Below are positions 11,792-21,311 of a stretch of DNA of 64,000 nt, in pieces. This DNA is from an uncultured Chloroflexia bacterium (GTDB lineage: Bacteria; Chloroflexota; Limnocylindria; Limnocylindrales; CSP1-4). A program made the translations under genes and the position numbers. The notes beneath the pieces were generated by a model, which did not search any database, was not told the origin of the DNA, and was given only the letters and a program-made list of their open reading frames with translations. Within the stretch, counting starts at the first letter, position 1. Each line of letters opens with the position of its first letter. The DNA lies in NCBI GenBank assembly GCA_963819655.1, contig CAWFXA010000002.1:32001-96000 (forward strand). The letters run 5' to 3'.

Positions 11792-12360
11792 TCGGATCCG
11801 CCCGATCGCGGGCCACGGCCCATCGCCATCATGACGAGGAGGAGCCCGAGGAGCACCAGGATGAGCGGCCAGAACCAGTCGAAGTCGATCTGGGGCAGGA
11901 ACTCACGGACGAGGAAGAACACCCCGAGTAGGATCAGGAAGCCGCCGAACAGGAGGCCCAGTGGCATCCCGCCGCCGCGCTCGGCGCGGGCGGCGCGACG
12001 GGCGGCGCGCGCTTCGGCCCGCGCGTCACGCGCGTCACGCGCGGCCTGCGCTGCCTGGACTGTGTCGCCGGTCTCGGCGAGCGGCATCGAGCTCGCCGCA
12101 GTCTCGCCCGTCAGGGTCGCCCTGGTCGGTGTCGCGGCGTGTGGCGCGGCCGCGGTCGTCGGCATATAGGTGTCGTCCTCCTCGGGCACCACGATCGCCA
12201 TCACGATGTACACGACCAGAGCGATCCCGCCGGTGAAGATGACCAGCAGCGCCCAGATGATGCGCACGAGGGCCGGGTCGGCGCCCCACATCTCGGCCAG
12301 CCCGCCGGCCACACCGGCCAGCATCCGGTCGTCACGCGAGCGGTACAGCCGATCGCCCAT
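11788..12360 (-). CDS. pspC: PspC-domain protein with C-terminal LiaF-like TM unit
   Basis: RLYRSRDDRMLAGVAGGLAE...DPALVRI...YIVMAIVVP. Confidence 0.88.
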   Translation of the reverse strand: MGDRLYRSRDDRMLAGVAGGLAEMWGADPALVRIIWALLVIFTGGIALVVYIVMAIVVPEEDDTYMPTTAAAPHAATPTRATLTGETAASSMPLAETGDTVQAAQAARDARDARAEARAARRAARAERGGGMPLGLLFGGFLILLGVFFLVREFLPQIDFDWFWPLILVLLGLLLVMMAMGRGPRSGGSE

Positions 12361-13313
12361 CAGCAGCCTCCTTCAGGGTCGAGCGAGAAGTTCGCGGCGT
12401 TGCCCTCGACTGACAAGTCGATGACCGGTGCACCGACGGCTCCCTCGCGGGTCCAGACGTCGCCGCTCTGGGACAGCCCGCGGTCCTCGAGGTTGTGCGC
12501 GAACGTCAGCTGCTCCTCGACCCGAAATCTCAGAGTTGCATCGGCGGGGACGCACAGCTCGAGTGCGCCGGCGTTCGCCGAGAGCGATCCCGTCGTGTCA
12601 CTGTCGACCAGGAGTCGCGCGCGGCCGGCATTCGTCGAGATGTCGAGTTGCCCGATGCGGGCGCCGATGGCGTCGACGCGACCGTCCCCCGCGTTGAGGT
12701 CGAGCTTGAAATCGGTCAGCTGGGCGCCGGCGAGCCGGACCGTGCTGCTGCCCGCGTTCGCCGACACCTCGATCGACTGGGTGTGGTCGCCGGGAAGCGT
12801 CACGGCCCAGGACTGGCGCCGGAGGCCGAACCCACCGGGTGAGCGCAGACCGATCTCCAGGTCGCTCAGCTCGAGCGTCGGCGGCTCGCCCTGATAGTCG
12901 GCCTGGATGCGCCACGCGTCGCCGGGCGCTACGGACAGCTCCATCGAGCCGCAATCGAGATCGAAGGTTGCGCTGATCGGCTGAGAGAAGGTGCCGTCGT
13001 CCTCGAACCGCTGGCTCGTGCCGGAGCCGAGGGCCCCGCAACCACCGACGTTGCCGATCCACATCGTGCCGGACGCGAGGATCCCGCCGGCCGCGATCCC
13101 GAGCGCGACGGCAGCGAGCACGGTTGCGATGATGCCGGCCTGGCTGCGACCGAAGATCAGCGCGAGGCCGAAGGCGACCAGCAGCAGCGGCCACAGGCGC
13201 CAGGCCTCGGAAAACGCGTTCGGGTCTATGGCGCCGGCGCGGACGAGCAGCGGCAGCCCGCCCAGGAGGATGAAGAAGAGGCCCCAGAACAGGAGGCCGG
13301 ACCGGATGCGCAT
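12360..13313 (-). CDS. LiaF-like (DUF5668) membrane protein with beta-solenoid domain
   Basis: LFWGLFFILLG...WRLWPLLLVAFG, repeated NAG motifs. Confidence 0.7.
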   Translation of the reverse strand: MRIRSGLLFWGLFFILLGGLPLLVRAGAIDPNAFSEAWRLWPLLLVAFGLALIFGRSQAGIIATVLAAVALGIAAGGILASGTMWIGNVGGCGALGSGTSQRFEDDGTFSQPISATFDLDCGSMELSVAPGDAWRIQADYQGEPPTLELSDLEIGLRSPGGFGLRRQSWAVTLPGDHTQSIEVSANAGSSTVRLAGAQLTDFKLDLNAGDGRVDAIGARIGQLDISTNAGRARLLVDSDTTGSLSANAGALELCVPADATLRFRVEEQLTFAHNLEDRGLSQSGDVWTREGAVGAPVIDLSVEGNAANFSLDPEGGC

Positions 13314-13403
13314 GGGGCGGTCCCTTGGAGCGAGGTGCGGACCGCAATGATGCGTCCACGCACCGTCGAACCGTCAAGGGCCGGATGTGCCTATCGCCAG
13401 CCT

Positions 13404-13750
13404 GTCACTCACAGTGACGATGTCGCTCTCAGTGACGCTCTGGTGATGAATGAGCACGCGCCGATCGCCCGGGATGCAGTTCTCCGTCATCTGGGCGAGC
13501 GATCCTGCACGGCTGTGCGGATCGCGTCACTCACAGTGACGCTGTCGCGCTCGCAGTGACAGGAGATCACCTCGCGAGGTCACTCACAGTGACGATGTCG
13601 CTCTCAGTGACGCTCTGGTGATGAATGAGCACGCGCCGATCGCCCAGGATGCATCTCTCCGTCATCTGGGCGAGTGATCCTGCACGGCTGTGCGGATCGC
13701 GTCACTCACAGTGACGATGTGGCTCTCAGTGACACGGGATCATCTGGCGA
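13404..13750. repeat. Tandem duplication (175-bp period) with four copies of a ~33-bp double palindrome GTCACTCACAGTGAC-GAT-GTCGCTCTCAGTGAC
   Basis: Motif starts at 13404, 13526, 13579 and 13701; the 89-bp spacers are nearly identical. Confidence 0.92.
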
Positions 13751-13786
13751 AGAGACGAATGAAGGATTGCGAATGGTCGATCCTCG

Positions 13787-13862
13787 TGGCGAGCCGGGTG
13801 GGATTCGAACCCACGACACAGGGATTAAAAGTCCCCTGCTCTAACCACTGAGCTACCGGCCC
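13787..13862 (-). tRNA. tRNA-Lys(UUU)
   Basis: GGGCCGGTAGCTCAGTGG...GGGGA-CTTTTAA-TCCCT...GGTTCGAATCC...CCA, 76 nt. Confidence 0.97.
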
Positions 13863-13898
13863 GGCCCTAGCGTACCGTGCGGCGCGATCCTGATCGGC

Positions 13899-14426
13899 TT
13901 AGCCAACCGAGGACCGAAGGGCCGATAACGCCACCTCGATGACGACGTCGAGCGGCGGCCTGACATCGATGACCACGCCACGCTCGTCGGGCTGCAGCGG
14001 CTCGAGCGTCGCAACCTGCGACTCGAGCAGGCTCACCGGCATGAAATGACCCATCCGCTCCGCCATCCGCTCTCGGAGCGTCTCGATATCGGCATCGAGC
14101 TGGATCACGAATGACTCGTCGTTCGGGACCCTCGATCGCAGGATGTCCCGGTACGAGCGTCTGAGCGCAGAGCACGCGAGTACAGTGCCGACGCCGGCCA
14201 CGTGACGCACGCCGACCAGCCCCGCCAGGGTCTCGAGCCATGGTCGCCGGTCCTCGTCCGTCAGTGGGATGCCGGTCGCCATCCTCTCGATGTTTGCGAG
14301 CGGGTGGTAGTCGTCGCCTTCGATCATCTCGAAGCCGAGTGCTTCGCCGAGCGCCGACGCGACCGACGATTTGCCGCTCCCCGCGACCCCCATGACGATC
14401 AGGTGACCGGCACATCGCGGTCGCAT
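13899..14426 (-). CDS. gntK: Gluconokinase
   Basis: VMGVAGSGKS, EGDDYHP, GIPLTDEDRRPWL, ACSALRRSYR, HFMPVSLLESQ. Confidence 0.9.
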   Translation of the reverse strand: MRPRCAGHLIVMGVAGSGKSSVASALGEALGFEMIEGDDYHPLANIERMATGIPLTDEDRRPWLETLAGLVGVRHVAGVGTVLACSALRRSYRDILRSRVPNDESFVIQLDADIETLRERMAERMGHFMPVSLLESQVATLEPLQPDERGVVIDVRPPLDVVIEVALSALRSSVG

Positions 14427-14639
14427 CACGGATCGGCCGGCGGAGGAGGGTCCGTTCCCGTCAGGAACGGATCTCGAATGAACGAGCGTGGTCGATGGCC
14501 AGATCTGACACTTTCTGTCGGGACCACACGGTGACAGTGCACGTTCATGGCGATCTTGTTCCCGGGAGGAACGCGGGCCGAGCCTGCCGCGCCGCGTCGG
14601 GGCAGGCACGAAGTACGGGCAGTTCCCGCGGACAAGCGA

Positions 14640-15620
14640 TCACGCCGGCGGCGGCACCTCGGTGGGGAGCTGCTCGCCGCGCACACCCGCGACCAGGTTC
14701 GCCGCGGCCATCGCCGCCATCTTGCCGCGGGTCGCCCGCGACGCGGAGGCGATGTGCGGCACGATCAGGCAGTTGTCGAGCTCGACGAGCGGGTCGTCCA
14801 TCGGGATCGGCTCCGGGTCGGTGACATCGAGGCCGGCCGCCCAGATCACGCCGTCGCGCAGCGCAGCCGCGAGGGCTGCCTGGTCCACAACGGGTCCCCG
14901 CGACGTGTTCACGAGTACCGCTGTCGGATTCATCATCGCGAGCGTCTCGGCGTTGATCATGTGGCGGGTCACCGGGGAGAGGTTCACGTGGAGCGACACG
15001 AAATCGCTCCGCGGCAGGAGCTCCTCGAGTGGCAGGTAGGACGCCCCCAGCGGATCAGTCACCGACGACGGCAGCGGCTGGAGGTCGTGGTACAGGATTT
15101 CCATCCCGAACCCCTGCGCCCGCCGCGCGACCGCCTGGCCGATCCGCCCGAACCCGACGATACCGATCGTCGCCCCATGTACGTCCGGCCCGAGCAACAA
15201 AAGCGGCCCCCACGTCTTCCACGAGCCCGCACGCACGTATCGATCGGCCTCCGGCAACCGCCGCGCCGCCGCCATGAGCAGGGCCCAGGCGAGATCCGCG
15301 GTGGTCTCGGTCAGAACGCCCGGCGTGTTGCCGACGGGGATGCCGCGCCGCGCGCACGCCGCGACATCGATGTTGTCGAAGCCGACCGCGTAATTGCTCA
15401 CGACCTTGAGCTGCGGCCCCGCAGCGTCGAGGAATTCGTCGTCGACCTTGTCGGTGAGCAGGGTCAGGACGCCATCGGCCCCCGCGACCCGCCGCAGCAG
15501 CTCGTCCCGTGGCGGCGGCAGCTCGTCCTCCCAGAGGTCCATGTCGCACGCCGCGCGCACGGCAGCGAGTCCCTCCTCGGGGATCCGTCGCCCGACGAAG
15601 ACCTTCGGCCGGTCAGCCAC
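14640..15620 (-). CDS. D-glycerate dehydrogenase/glyoxylate reductase (2-hydroxyacid dehydrogenase)
   Basis: NYAVGFDNID, NTPGVLTETTAD, GFGRIG, NTSRG, PHIAS. Confidence 0.92.
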   Translation of the reverse strand: MADRPKVFVGRRIPEEGLAAVRAACDMDLWEDELPPPRDELLRRVAGADGVLTLLTDKVDDEFLDAAGPQLKVVSNYAVGFDNIDVAACARRGIPVGNTPGVLTETTADLAWALLMAAARRLPEADRYVRAGSWKTWGPLLLLGPDVHGATIGIVGFGRIGQAVARRAQGFGMEILYHDLQPLPSSVTDPLGASYLPLEELLPRSDFVSLHVNLSPVTRHMINAETLAMMNPTAVLVNTSRGPVVDQAALAAALRDGVIWAAGLDVTDPEPIPMDDPLVELDNCLIVPHIASASRATRGKMAAMAAANLVAGVRGEQLPTEVPPPA

Positions 15621-15628
15621 GGCTGTCG

Positions 15629-16822
15629 TCAGCCACGGCCGAGGCCGGCCACGAACCGGCCCATCCGAGCCAGAGCCTCGGTCAGGTTCTCCCGCGAGTT
15701 GGCGTACGAGATCCGGATGTGCTCGGTGCCAACGCCGCCGAACGCGGTCCCGGCCAGGACGCACACGTCGTGGTCCACGAGGAGCCGCTCCGCAAATTCG
15801 GCTCCGGACAAGCCCGTGCCCGAGACGTCCGGAAAGGCGTAGAAGGCCCCGAGCGGCGTGGCGCAGCGGATCCCCTCGATCTCATTGAGCCCTTCGACGA
15901 TCAGATCGCGCCGGGCCTTGAACTCGACGACCATCGCCTCCACGTCGTCCTGCGGCCCGACGAGGGCCTGGACCGCACCGACCTGTACGAACGTCGGTGC
16001 GCACGAGATCGTGTTGATGACGAGCTCGGCGTACGTCGGGATGAGCGATTCGGGCACGACCGCGTAGCCGAGCCGCCAACCGGTCATCGCGAAGGTCTTG
16101 GAGAACCCGTCGAGCACGATCGTGCGATCGGCCATGCCCGGCAGCGACGCGATCGAGACGTGCTCCTCGCCGTCATACAGGATGCGGCCGTAGATCTCGT
16201 CGGTCATGACCCACAGGTCGTGCTCCTGGGCGAGCTCGGCGATCCGCTCGAGGTCGGAGCGGGTCAGGACACCGCCGGTCGGGTTGGCCGGCGAGTTGAT
16301 GATCAGCAGTTTCGTCCGCGGCGTGATGAGCGAGGCAAGCTCCTCGACATCGAGCCGGAACGCGTTCTCCATCCGGATCGGGATCGGGACCGGCGTGGCG
16401 CCGACGAACCGCGTCAGCGACTCGTAGATCGGGTACCCCGGGTCGGGCACGATCACCTCGTCGCCCGGATCGATCAGGCCGAGGATCGCGTACAGCATCA
16501 CGCCCTTGCCGCCGACCGTGACGAACACCTGCGACGGGTCGGCCGGGAAACCCTTGCGCGCGGTCACGTCGTCCGCGATCGCCCGGCGCAGTTCGGGGAT
16601 GCCGGGGAACGGTGCGTAGTGCGTCGCTCCGTCGTCGAGCGCCCGTTTGGCCGCCTCGCGGACGTGTGCGGGTGTGTCGAAATCGGGCTCGCCGATCTGC
16701 AGGTGGATCATCGGTCGCCCGTCGGCCTCGAGCGCGCGGGCACGAGCGCTGACGGCGAACGCGCCCTCGGTACCGATCATGCTCATCCGGGCGGCGACGC
16801 TGCGGACTGACGAGACAGACAT
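15629..16822 (-). CDS. PLP-dependent class I/II aminotransferase
   Basis: IGEPDFDTP, NSPANPTG, DEIY, GFSKTFAMTGWRLG. Confidence 0.93.
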   Translation of the reverse strand: MSVSSVRSVAARMSMIGTEGAFAVSARARALEADGRPMIHLQIGEPDFDTPAHVREAAKRALDDGATHYAPFPGIPELRRAIADDVTARKGFPADPSQVFVTVGGKGVMLYAILGLIDPGDEVIVPDPGYPIYESLTRFVGATPVPIPIRMENAFRLDVEELASLITPRTKLLIINSPANPTGGVLTRSDLERIAELAQEHDLWVMTDEIYGRILYDGEEHVSIASLPGMADRTIVLDGFSKTFAMTGWRLGYAVVPESLIPTYAELVINTISCAPTFVQVGAVQALVGPQDDVEAMVVEFKARRDLIVEGLNEIEGIRCATPLGAFYAFPDVSGTGLSGAEFAERLLVDHDVCVLAGTAFGGVGTEHIRISYANSRENLTEALARMGRFVAGLGRG

Positions 16823-16839
16823 CGGGTGGACCTCCCGGG

Positions 16840-17757
16840 CTATGGCAGCAGTGAGCGGAGCGCGAAGGCGACGTTGGCGGGTCGTTCGGCCAGCCGGCGC
16901 ATGTACCACGGGTACCAGGCCTCACCGTAGGCGATGAGCGTCTGGACGCGATAGCCGGCCTTGGCGAGTCGATATTGCTCCCGCGCGCGGATCCCGTACA
17001 GCATCTCCACCTCGAACCCATCCTTGGGGACACCGGCCGGGTCGACCTGCTCGGCGATCTGCTCGATGAGCGCCACGTCGTGCGTCCCGAGCCCGAGCCG
17101 GATCGGCTGGCCGCGCCCGGTCTTGAGGAAGTCGACAGCGAGGGCGAGATAGCTGGCGTCGACCTGGCGCTTGTCGCGATACGCGATCGACTCCGGTTCG
17201 TCGTACGCGCCCTTGACGAGGCGGATCGCCGGGTGGAGCGGACGGAGACGCTCGACGTCCGAGGGCGTGCGCTTGAGGTACGCCTGAAGGCAGATCCCCG
17301 TCCTGGGCTGGACCGCGCGCAGTCGCTCGTAGAGCGAGATCGTCGCCTCGACGTAGTCGCTGCCTTCCATGTCGATCCAGAGATACGAGCCGATCGCCGC
17401 GGCCTTCTCGGCCAGGCGCGTGAGGTGGGCGAGCGTCCGGTCCGGGTCGTGATCGAGCCCGAGCTGGGTCGGCTTGACCGACACCTCCCCGCGATAGCCT
17501 CGAGCCGCGATCGCATCGAAGACCGCGACGTAGTGGTCGGCGACGGCGTCGGCCTCGTCCAGGCTGGCGAGGTTCTCGCCGAGTCGCGTGTACATCGTCC
17601 CGATGCCCGCCGCCTCGAGCGGCGCGGCGGCGTCGAGTGCCGACTCGAGGGTCTCGCCCGGCATGAACTTCCGGACAGCCCGCTTCATGAATCGGAACTG
17701 CGGGAGCCGGGTCTTGAGCCAGCTATTGCGGGCCGCCCACAGGAAAACGCGGCGCAT
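16840..17757 (-). CDS. Monofunctional proline dehydrogenase
   Basis: SVKPTQLG, WIDME, QAYL, RLVKGAY, GTHD, WYPWYMRRLAERPAN. Confidence 0.93.
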   Translation of the reverse strand: MRRVFLWAARNSWLKTRLPQFRFMKRAVRKFMPGETLESALDAAAPLEAAGIGTMYTRLGENLASLDEADAVADHYVAVFDAIAARGYRGEVSVKPTQLGLDHDPDRTLAHLTRLAEKAAAIGSYLWIDMEGSDYVEATISLYERLRAVQPRTGICLQAYLKRTPSDVERLRPLHPAIRLVKGAYDEPESIAYRDKRQVDASYLALAVDFLKTGRGQPIRLGLGTHDVALIEQIAEQVDPAGVPKDGFEVEMLYGIRAREQYRLAKAGYRVQTLIAYGEAWYPWYMRRLAERPANVAFALRSLLP

Positions 17758-18527
17758 CAGGGCAGGGCCTTCACCATGCCGCCATCGACCGGCACGATGG
17801 CGCCGGTCACGTAGGAGGCCGCCGGCGACAGCATGAAAGCCCCGAAACGGCCGATCTCCGCCGGATCGCCGTAGCGCCCGAGCGGGATCCGGTCGATCAC
17901 ACTCTGGCGGACCGCCTCCTGGGTCAACCCGGTGCGGGCCGCGGTGACTACCTCCACCTCGATGGCCCGGGGAGTCTGGATCCGTCCGGGTGTGAGGCCG
18001 TTGATCCGCACCGGGGCGATCTCGGCAGTCAGCGCCTTGATCAACCCGGCAAGCCCGGGGCGGATGGTGTTGGACGCCACCAGGCCGGGGATCGGCTCGC
18101 GCGCGGACGACGACAGGATCACGAGGATCGACGCTCGCTCGCTAGCGCGAAGATGTGGCAGCGCGGCGCGGATGAGGCGGACGGCGCTGAGGAGAGTGCC
18201 ATCGATCGCGTGCTGCCAGCTGGCTTCGTCCAGCTCATCGAACGTGCCGGGCGGCGGGCCGCCGGAGTTCACGAGCAGCAGGTCGAGCCCGCCAAAGGCG
18301 GCGACGACCTGGTCGACGCTGGCCGCCGGGCCGACGGGCGTGCCGAGATCGACGCCGGCCGCGATCGCGCCCCGGATGGTCGACATGGCCGCATCGAGCT
18401 TCTCGGATGGGCGAGCGGCGAGCGTCACCCGCGCTCCCTCGGCGCCGAGCGCGGTAGCGATGGCCAGGCCGATCCCGCTCGATCCACCGGTGATCAGGGC
18501 GCGCGCGCCGTCCAGACCGAGATCCAT
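17757..18527 (-). CDS. SDR family oxidoreductase
   Basis: MDLGL...TGGSSGIG, NSGGPPPG, YVTGAIVPVDGG. Confidence 0.9.
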   Translation of the reverse strand: MDLGLDGARALITGGSSGIGLAIATALGAEGARVTLAARPSEKLDAAMSTIRGAIAAGVDLGTPVGPAASVDQVVAAFGGLDLLLVNSGGPPPGTFDELDEASWQHAIDGTLLSAVRLIRAALPHLRASERASILVILSSSAREPIPGLVASNTIRPGLAGLIKALTAEIAPVRINGLTPGRIQTPRAIEVEVVTAARTGLTQEAVRQSVIDRIPLGRYGDPAEIGRFGAFMLSPAASYVTGAIVPVDGGMVKALP

Positions 18528-18635
18528 CCGAGTCCGGTTCCTCCCCGCACTGACCGCTCGATGGTACGCGAAGGCAACACCTTTACGGAGGACCAGGAGG
18601 CCATCCCTCGCCGGTCGGGCTAGAATCGCCACCGG

Positions 18636-19046
18636 ATGACCAAGTTCTTCGATATCGACGCCGCCAACGAGGCCCTGGTCGAGGTCGGGCCGCTGCTCGC
18701 CACGCTCGCCGACCAGCGCGCCGAGCTGATCCGGCTGCGCGACCGGACGCTCGCGGCGCACACGGCTGCGTCGACCGGTGGACCCGCCGGGCTCGACGAG
18801 GACGAGGCGCAACGGATCCGGCTCCGGATGCAGGGCATCGTCGATCAGATGGCCGCGGCCGTGGCGCGCATCGACGGCCTCGGCATCACGCTGCGGGACA
18901 TCGCGCGCGGGCTGATCGACTTCCCGGCTCTCGCGGGCGGCCGCCAGGTCTGGCTGTGCTGGGAGCTCGGCGAGGAGGATGTCGCGTTCTGGCACGAGCT
19001 GGACACGGGGTTCGGGTCACGCCGACCGCTTATCGAGCTCGTATGA
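18636..19046 (+). CDS. DUF2203 family protein
   Basis: FDIDAAN...RDIARGLIDFP...VWLCWELGE...FWH...GFGSRRP. Confidence 0.88.
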   Translation: MTKFFDIDAANEALVEVGPLLATLADQRAELIRLRDRTLAAHTAASTGGPAGLDEDEAQRIRLRMQGIVDQMAAAVARIDGLGITLRDIARGLIDFPALAGGRQVWLCWELGEEDVAFWHELDTGFGSRRPLIELV

Positions 19047-19462
19047 CCGAACGCCAGGTCGTGGTCGGGACCGATGGCCGCGCCAAGGCGTATCGACCCC
19101 TACCGGCAGACGCGCGCATCGCCGCGGTCCGCGCCGGTCTCGAGGCCTACGCGGCCGGCGACTACTTCGAGGCGCACGAGCTGATGGAGCCTGCCTGGAT
19201 GGGCACGGCCGACCTGGCCGAGCGATCCCTGATCCAGGGGCTGATCAAGGTGGCTGCCGCGGACGTCCATGCGGTCCGCGGCAACCCGGCCGGTGTCCGA
19301 CGGAACCTCGAAGGCGCACGCGATCGACTGCGTTCCGGGGCGACGGGATCGATCACCGGCGTGGAGCTGGACGTGGCCGGACTCCTGGCCGCGATCGACG
19401 AGCGGCTTGCCCGCTCGACCGGCCTCGAGACGCCCATCTCGATCGACTGGAGGACACGATGA
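19043..19462 (+). CDS. DUF309 family protein
   Basis: GDYFEAHELMEPAW...QGLI. Confidence 0.85.
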   Translation: MTERQVVVGTDGRAKAYRPLPADARIAAVRAGLEAYAAGDYFEAHELMEPAWMGTADLAERSLIQGLIKVAAADVHAVRGNPAGVRRNLEGARDRLRSGATGSITGVELDVAGLLAAIDERLARSTGLETPISIDWRTR

Positions 19463-19827
19463 ACGCTGGCCCGCCGATCCCGGCGATCGATGTCGCGGAG
19501 GCCGAGCGACGCCTCCGCGAGGACCCCGATCGACCGTTGCTCGTCGACGTGCGCGAGGAGAGCGAGTTCGTCGACGTCCGGGCGCCCGGTGCGGTGTTGC
19601 TGCCGATGTCCATGTTCGCGGCACGGGCCGGGGAGCTGCCCCAGGACCGGCCTCTGATGCTCGTGTGCCATCTCGGTGGTCGATCCTCGGCGGCGGCCGG
19701 GTTCCTGATCCGGTCGGGCCGGTCCGACGTGGTCAACGTGACCGGCGGGATGGACGCCTGGGAGCGGGGCGGCCTGCCCGTTCGCCGTGGCACGCCCGAG
19801 CCGGGCGAAGGCGACCTCCCGGGCTAG
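19459..19827 (+). CDS. Rhodanese-like sulfurtransferase
   Basis: LVDVRE, CHLGGRS active-site loop, GGMDAW. Confidence 0.9.
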   Translation: MNAGPPIPAIDVAEAERRLREDPDRPLLVDVREESEFVDVRAPGAVLLPMSMFAARAGELPQDRPLMLVCHLGGRSSAAAGFLIRSGRSDVVNVTGGMDAWERGGLPVRRGTPEPGEGDLPG

Positions 19828-19847
19828 ATCGGTTCGGTCCGGACGGC

Positions 19848-21311
19848 CTAGCGTACTCGGCGGACTACCCGAGAGATCATCGCGCGGGCCTGCGGCTTGT
19901 GGGCATACGCCCACCCGATGATGATCAGGAGCACGAAGGTCACCGTGCCGACGCCGGCCGCGTTGGCATACCCGAGCTGCTGCCCGATCTCACCGTCGAT
20001 CTTGAGGCCGGGGACGGTCGCGCCGAACGGGCCGAGCTGGAAGAACGGGCTCTGGGGCGACGTATTCGCACGGACGCTGGATGTCACCACGCCGGCGGCC
20101 GTCTCACCGCCGGTGATGATCACGTTCGGGCCCGTCACGAAGGAGCTGCCCCCGGTCATCCCGATGGGCAGGTCGCTGACCGGCAGGTGCTTCCACTCGG
20201 TGATCGTCCCGTCGTTCTCCGGGATCGACCAATAGAGCTCGGTCTTGGGGCCTTCGTTGTCTGCGCCGCCGACCAGGTACAGCGTCCCGTTGGCGGTCCA
20301 GCCTGCGGGATCGTCGCGAGCCGCCGGCAGGTTCCACGCATTGTCGATGTCCCACTTGACGACCTTGCCCTCGTCCGCGTTCACCGGGAACCCTTCCGGA
20401 GCCTCGAGGCCGACCGTGCCGCGTTGGACAGCCCCGACAGGGCCGGCCTCATCATGGCCGCCGTACAGCAGGACGTAATCGCCGACGATCGCGGCGATCG
20501 CGTCGGCCTGTGGCCTCGCAAGCGGGGCTTCGGTCTGCCACCCGCCGAGGACGCCCTTGACGTCGAGCAGGCTCTTGTAAGTCGTCGTAACGGGGCCATC
20601 CGGGCCTTCGCCACCGATGAGCAGCAACCCGTCGGGCGCGGCCACACCCGCAGCCCCGCCGCGCCCTTCGGGCAGGGCCAGGCTATCGACCGGCGTCCAC
20701 TCCACCAGCACGCTGGTCTGCGGGTCGGGCGTGAGCGCGTACACCGTCGTTGTCGGGGCACCCTCGGCGTCGAACCCCCCGATCACAAAGACGGTGCCTG
20801 ACACGGCCACCACGCTTGCATCGGTCCGTGGCTCGGGCAACGGCGGGCCATCCTGCCACTTGTCGAAGTTGCCGGTGCCTGACAGGTTGGCCACGAACAC
20901 GGTCGACTGCGCGGTCGTGCCGTCTGACCCGCCGATGTACAGGATCTTCGTGCCGAGCTGGATCGCGCTGCCATCGGTCCGGGGCGCCGGAAGCGCAAGC
21001 TCGGGCGGCGACGCGTGCCACGGCACGATGGCGCCACGCGGCGCCGGGCACGGGAGCGTTTCGTTCTCGGACGAACAGAAGTTGATGGGCGACCACACGA
21101 GCAGCCCGAGGTCGACCGTGCGGTTGACTGTCAGGTAATACGCCCGATCCGGGAGATAGCCGAGCAACAGGATGATGATCACGAGCCAGACGAATGCTTT
21201 GATGCTGGCCCACGTCCAGCCGTCGGCGTCGAGCAGGCCGAAGAGTGCCCGCCTCTTCGGCACGATCATCCCGGGCCCGAGGGCAGGACGCGTGGTCCCG
21301 GTGGCGCTCAT
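19848..21311 (-). CDS. Membrane-anchored Kelch-repeat beta-propeller protein
   Basis: N- and C-terminal TM helices; repeated LPxPR...YxIGG...W Kelch units; 4-bp overlap with the upstream gene. Confidence 0.75.
   Translation of the reverse strand: MSATGTTRPALGPGMIVPKRRALFGLLDADGWTWASIKAFVWLVIIILLLGYLPDRAYYLTVNRTVDLGLLVWSPINFCSSENETLPCPAPRGAIVPWHASPPELALPAPRTDGSAIQLGTKILYIGGSDGTTAQSTVFVANLSGTGNFDKWQDGPPLPEPRTDASVVAVSGTVFVIGGFDAEGAPTTTVYALTPDPQTSVLVEWTPVDSLALPEGRGGAAGVAAPDGLLLIGGEGPDGPVTTTYKSLLDVKGVLGGWQTEAPLARPQADAIAAIVGDYVLLYGGHDEAGPVGAVQRGTVGLEAPEGFPVNADEGKVVKWDIDNAWNLPAARDDPAGWTANGTLYLVGGADNEGPKTELYWSIPENDGTITEWKHLPVSDLPIGMTGGSSFVTGPNVIITGGETAAGVVTSSVRANTSPQSPFFQLGPFGATVPGLKIDGEIGQQLGYANAAGVGTVTFVLLIIIGWAYAHKPQARAMISRVVRRVR

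Noticed and set aside
13404-13750. CRISPR array
   Set aside because: Spacers are uneven (89, 18, 89 bp) and the long ones are duplicates; no cas genes are present.
13745-13750. TGGCGA as an att-site copy of the tRNA-Lys 3' end
   Set aside because: Only 6 bp and no integrase nearby.
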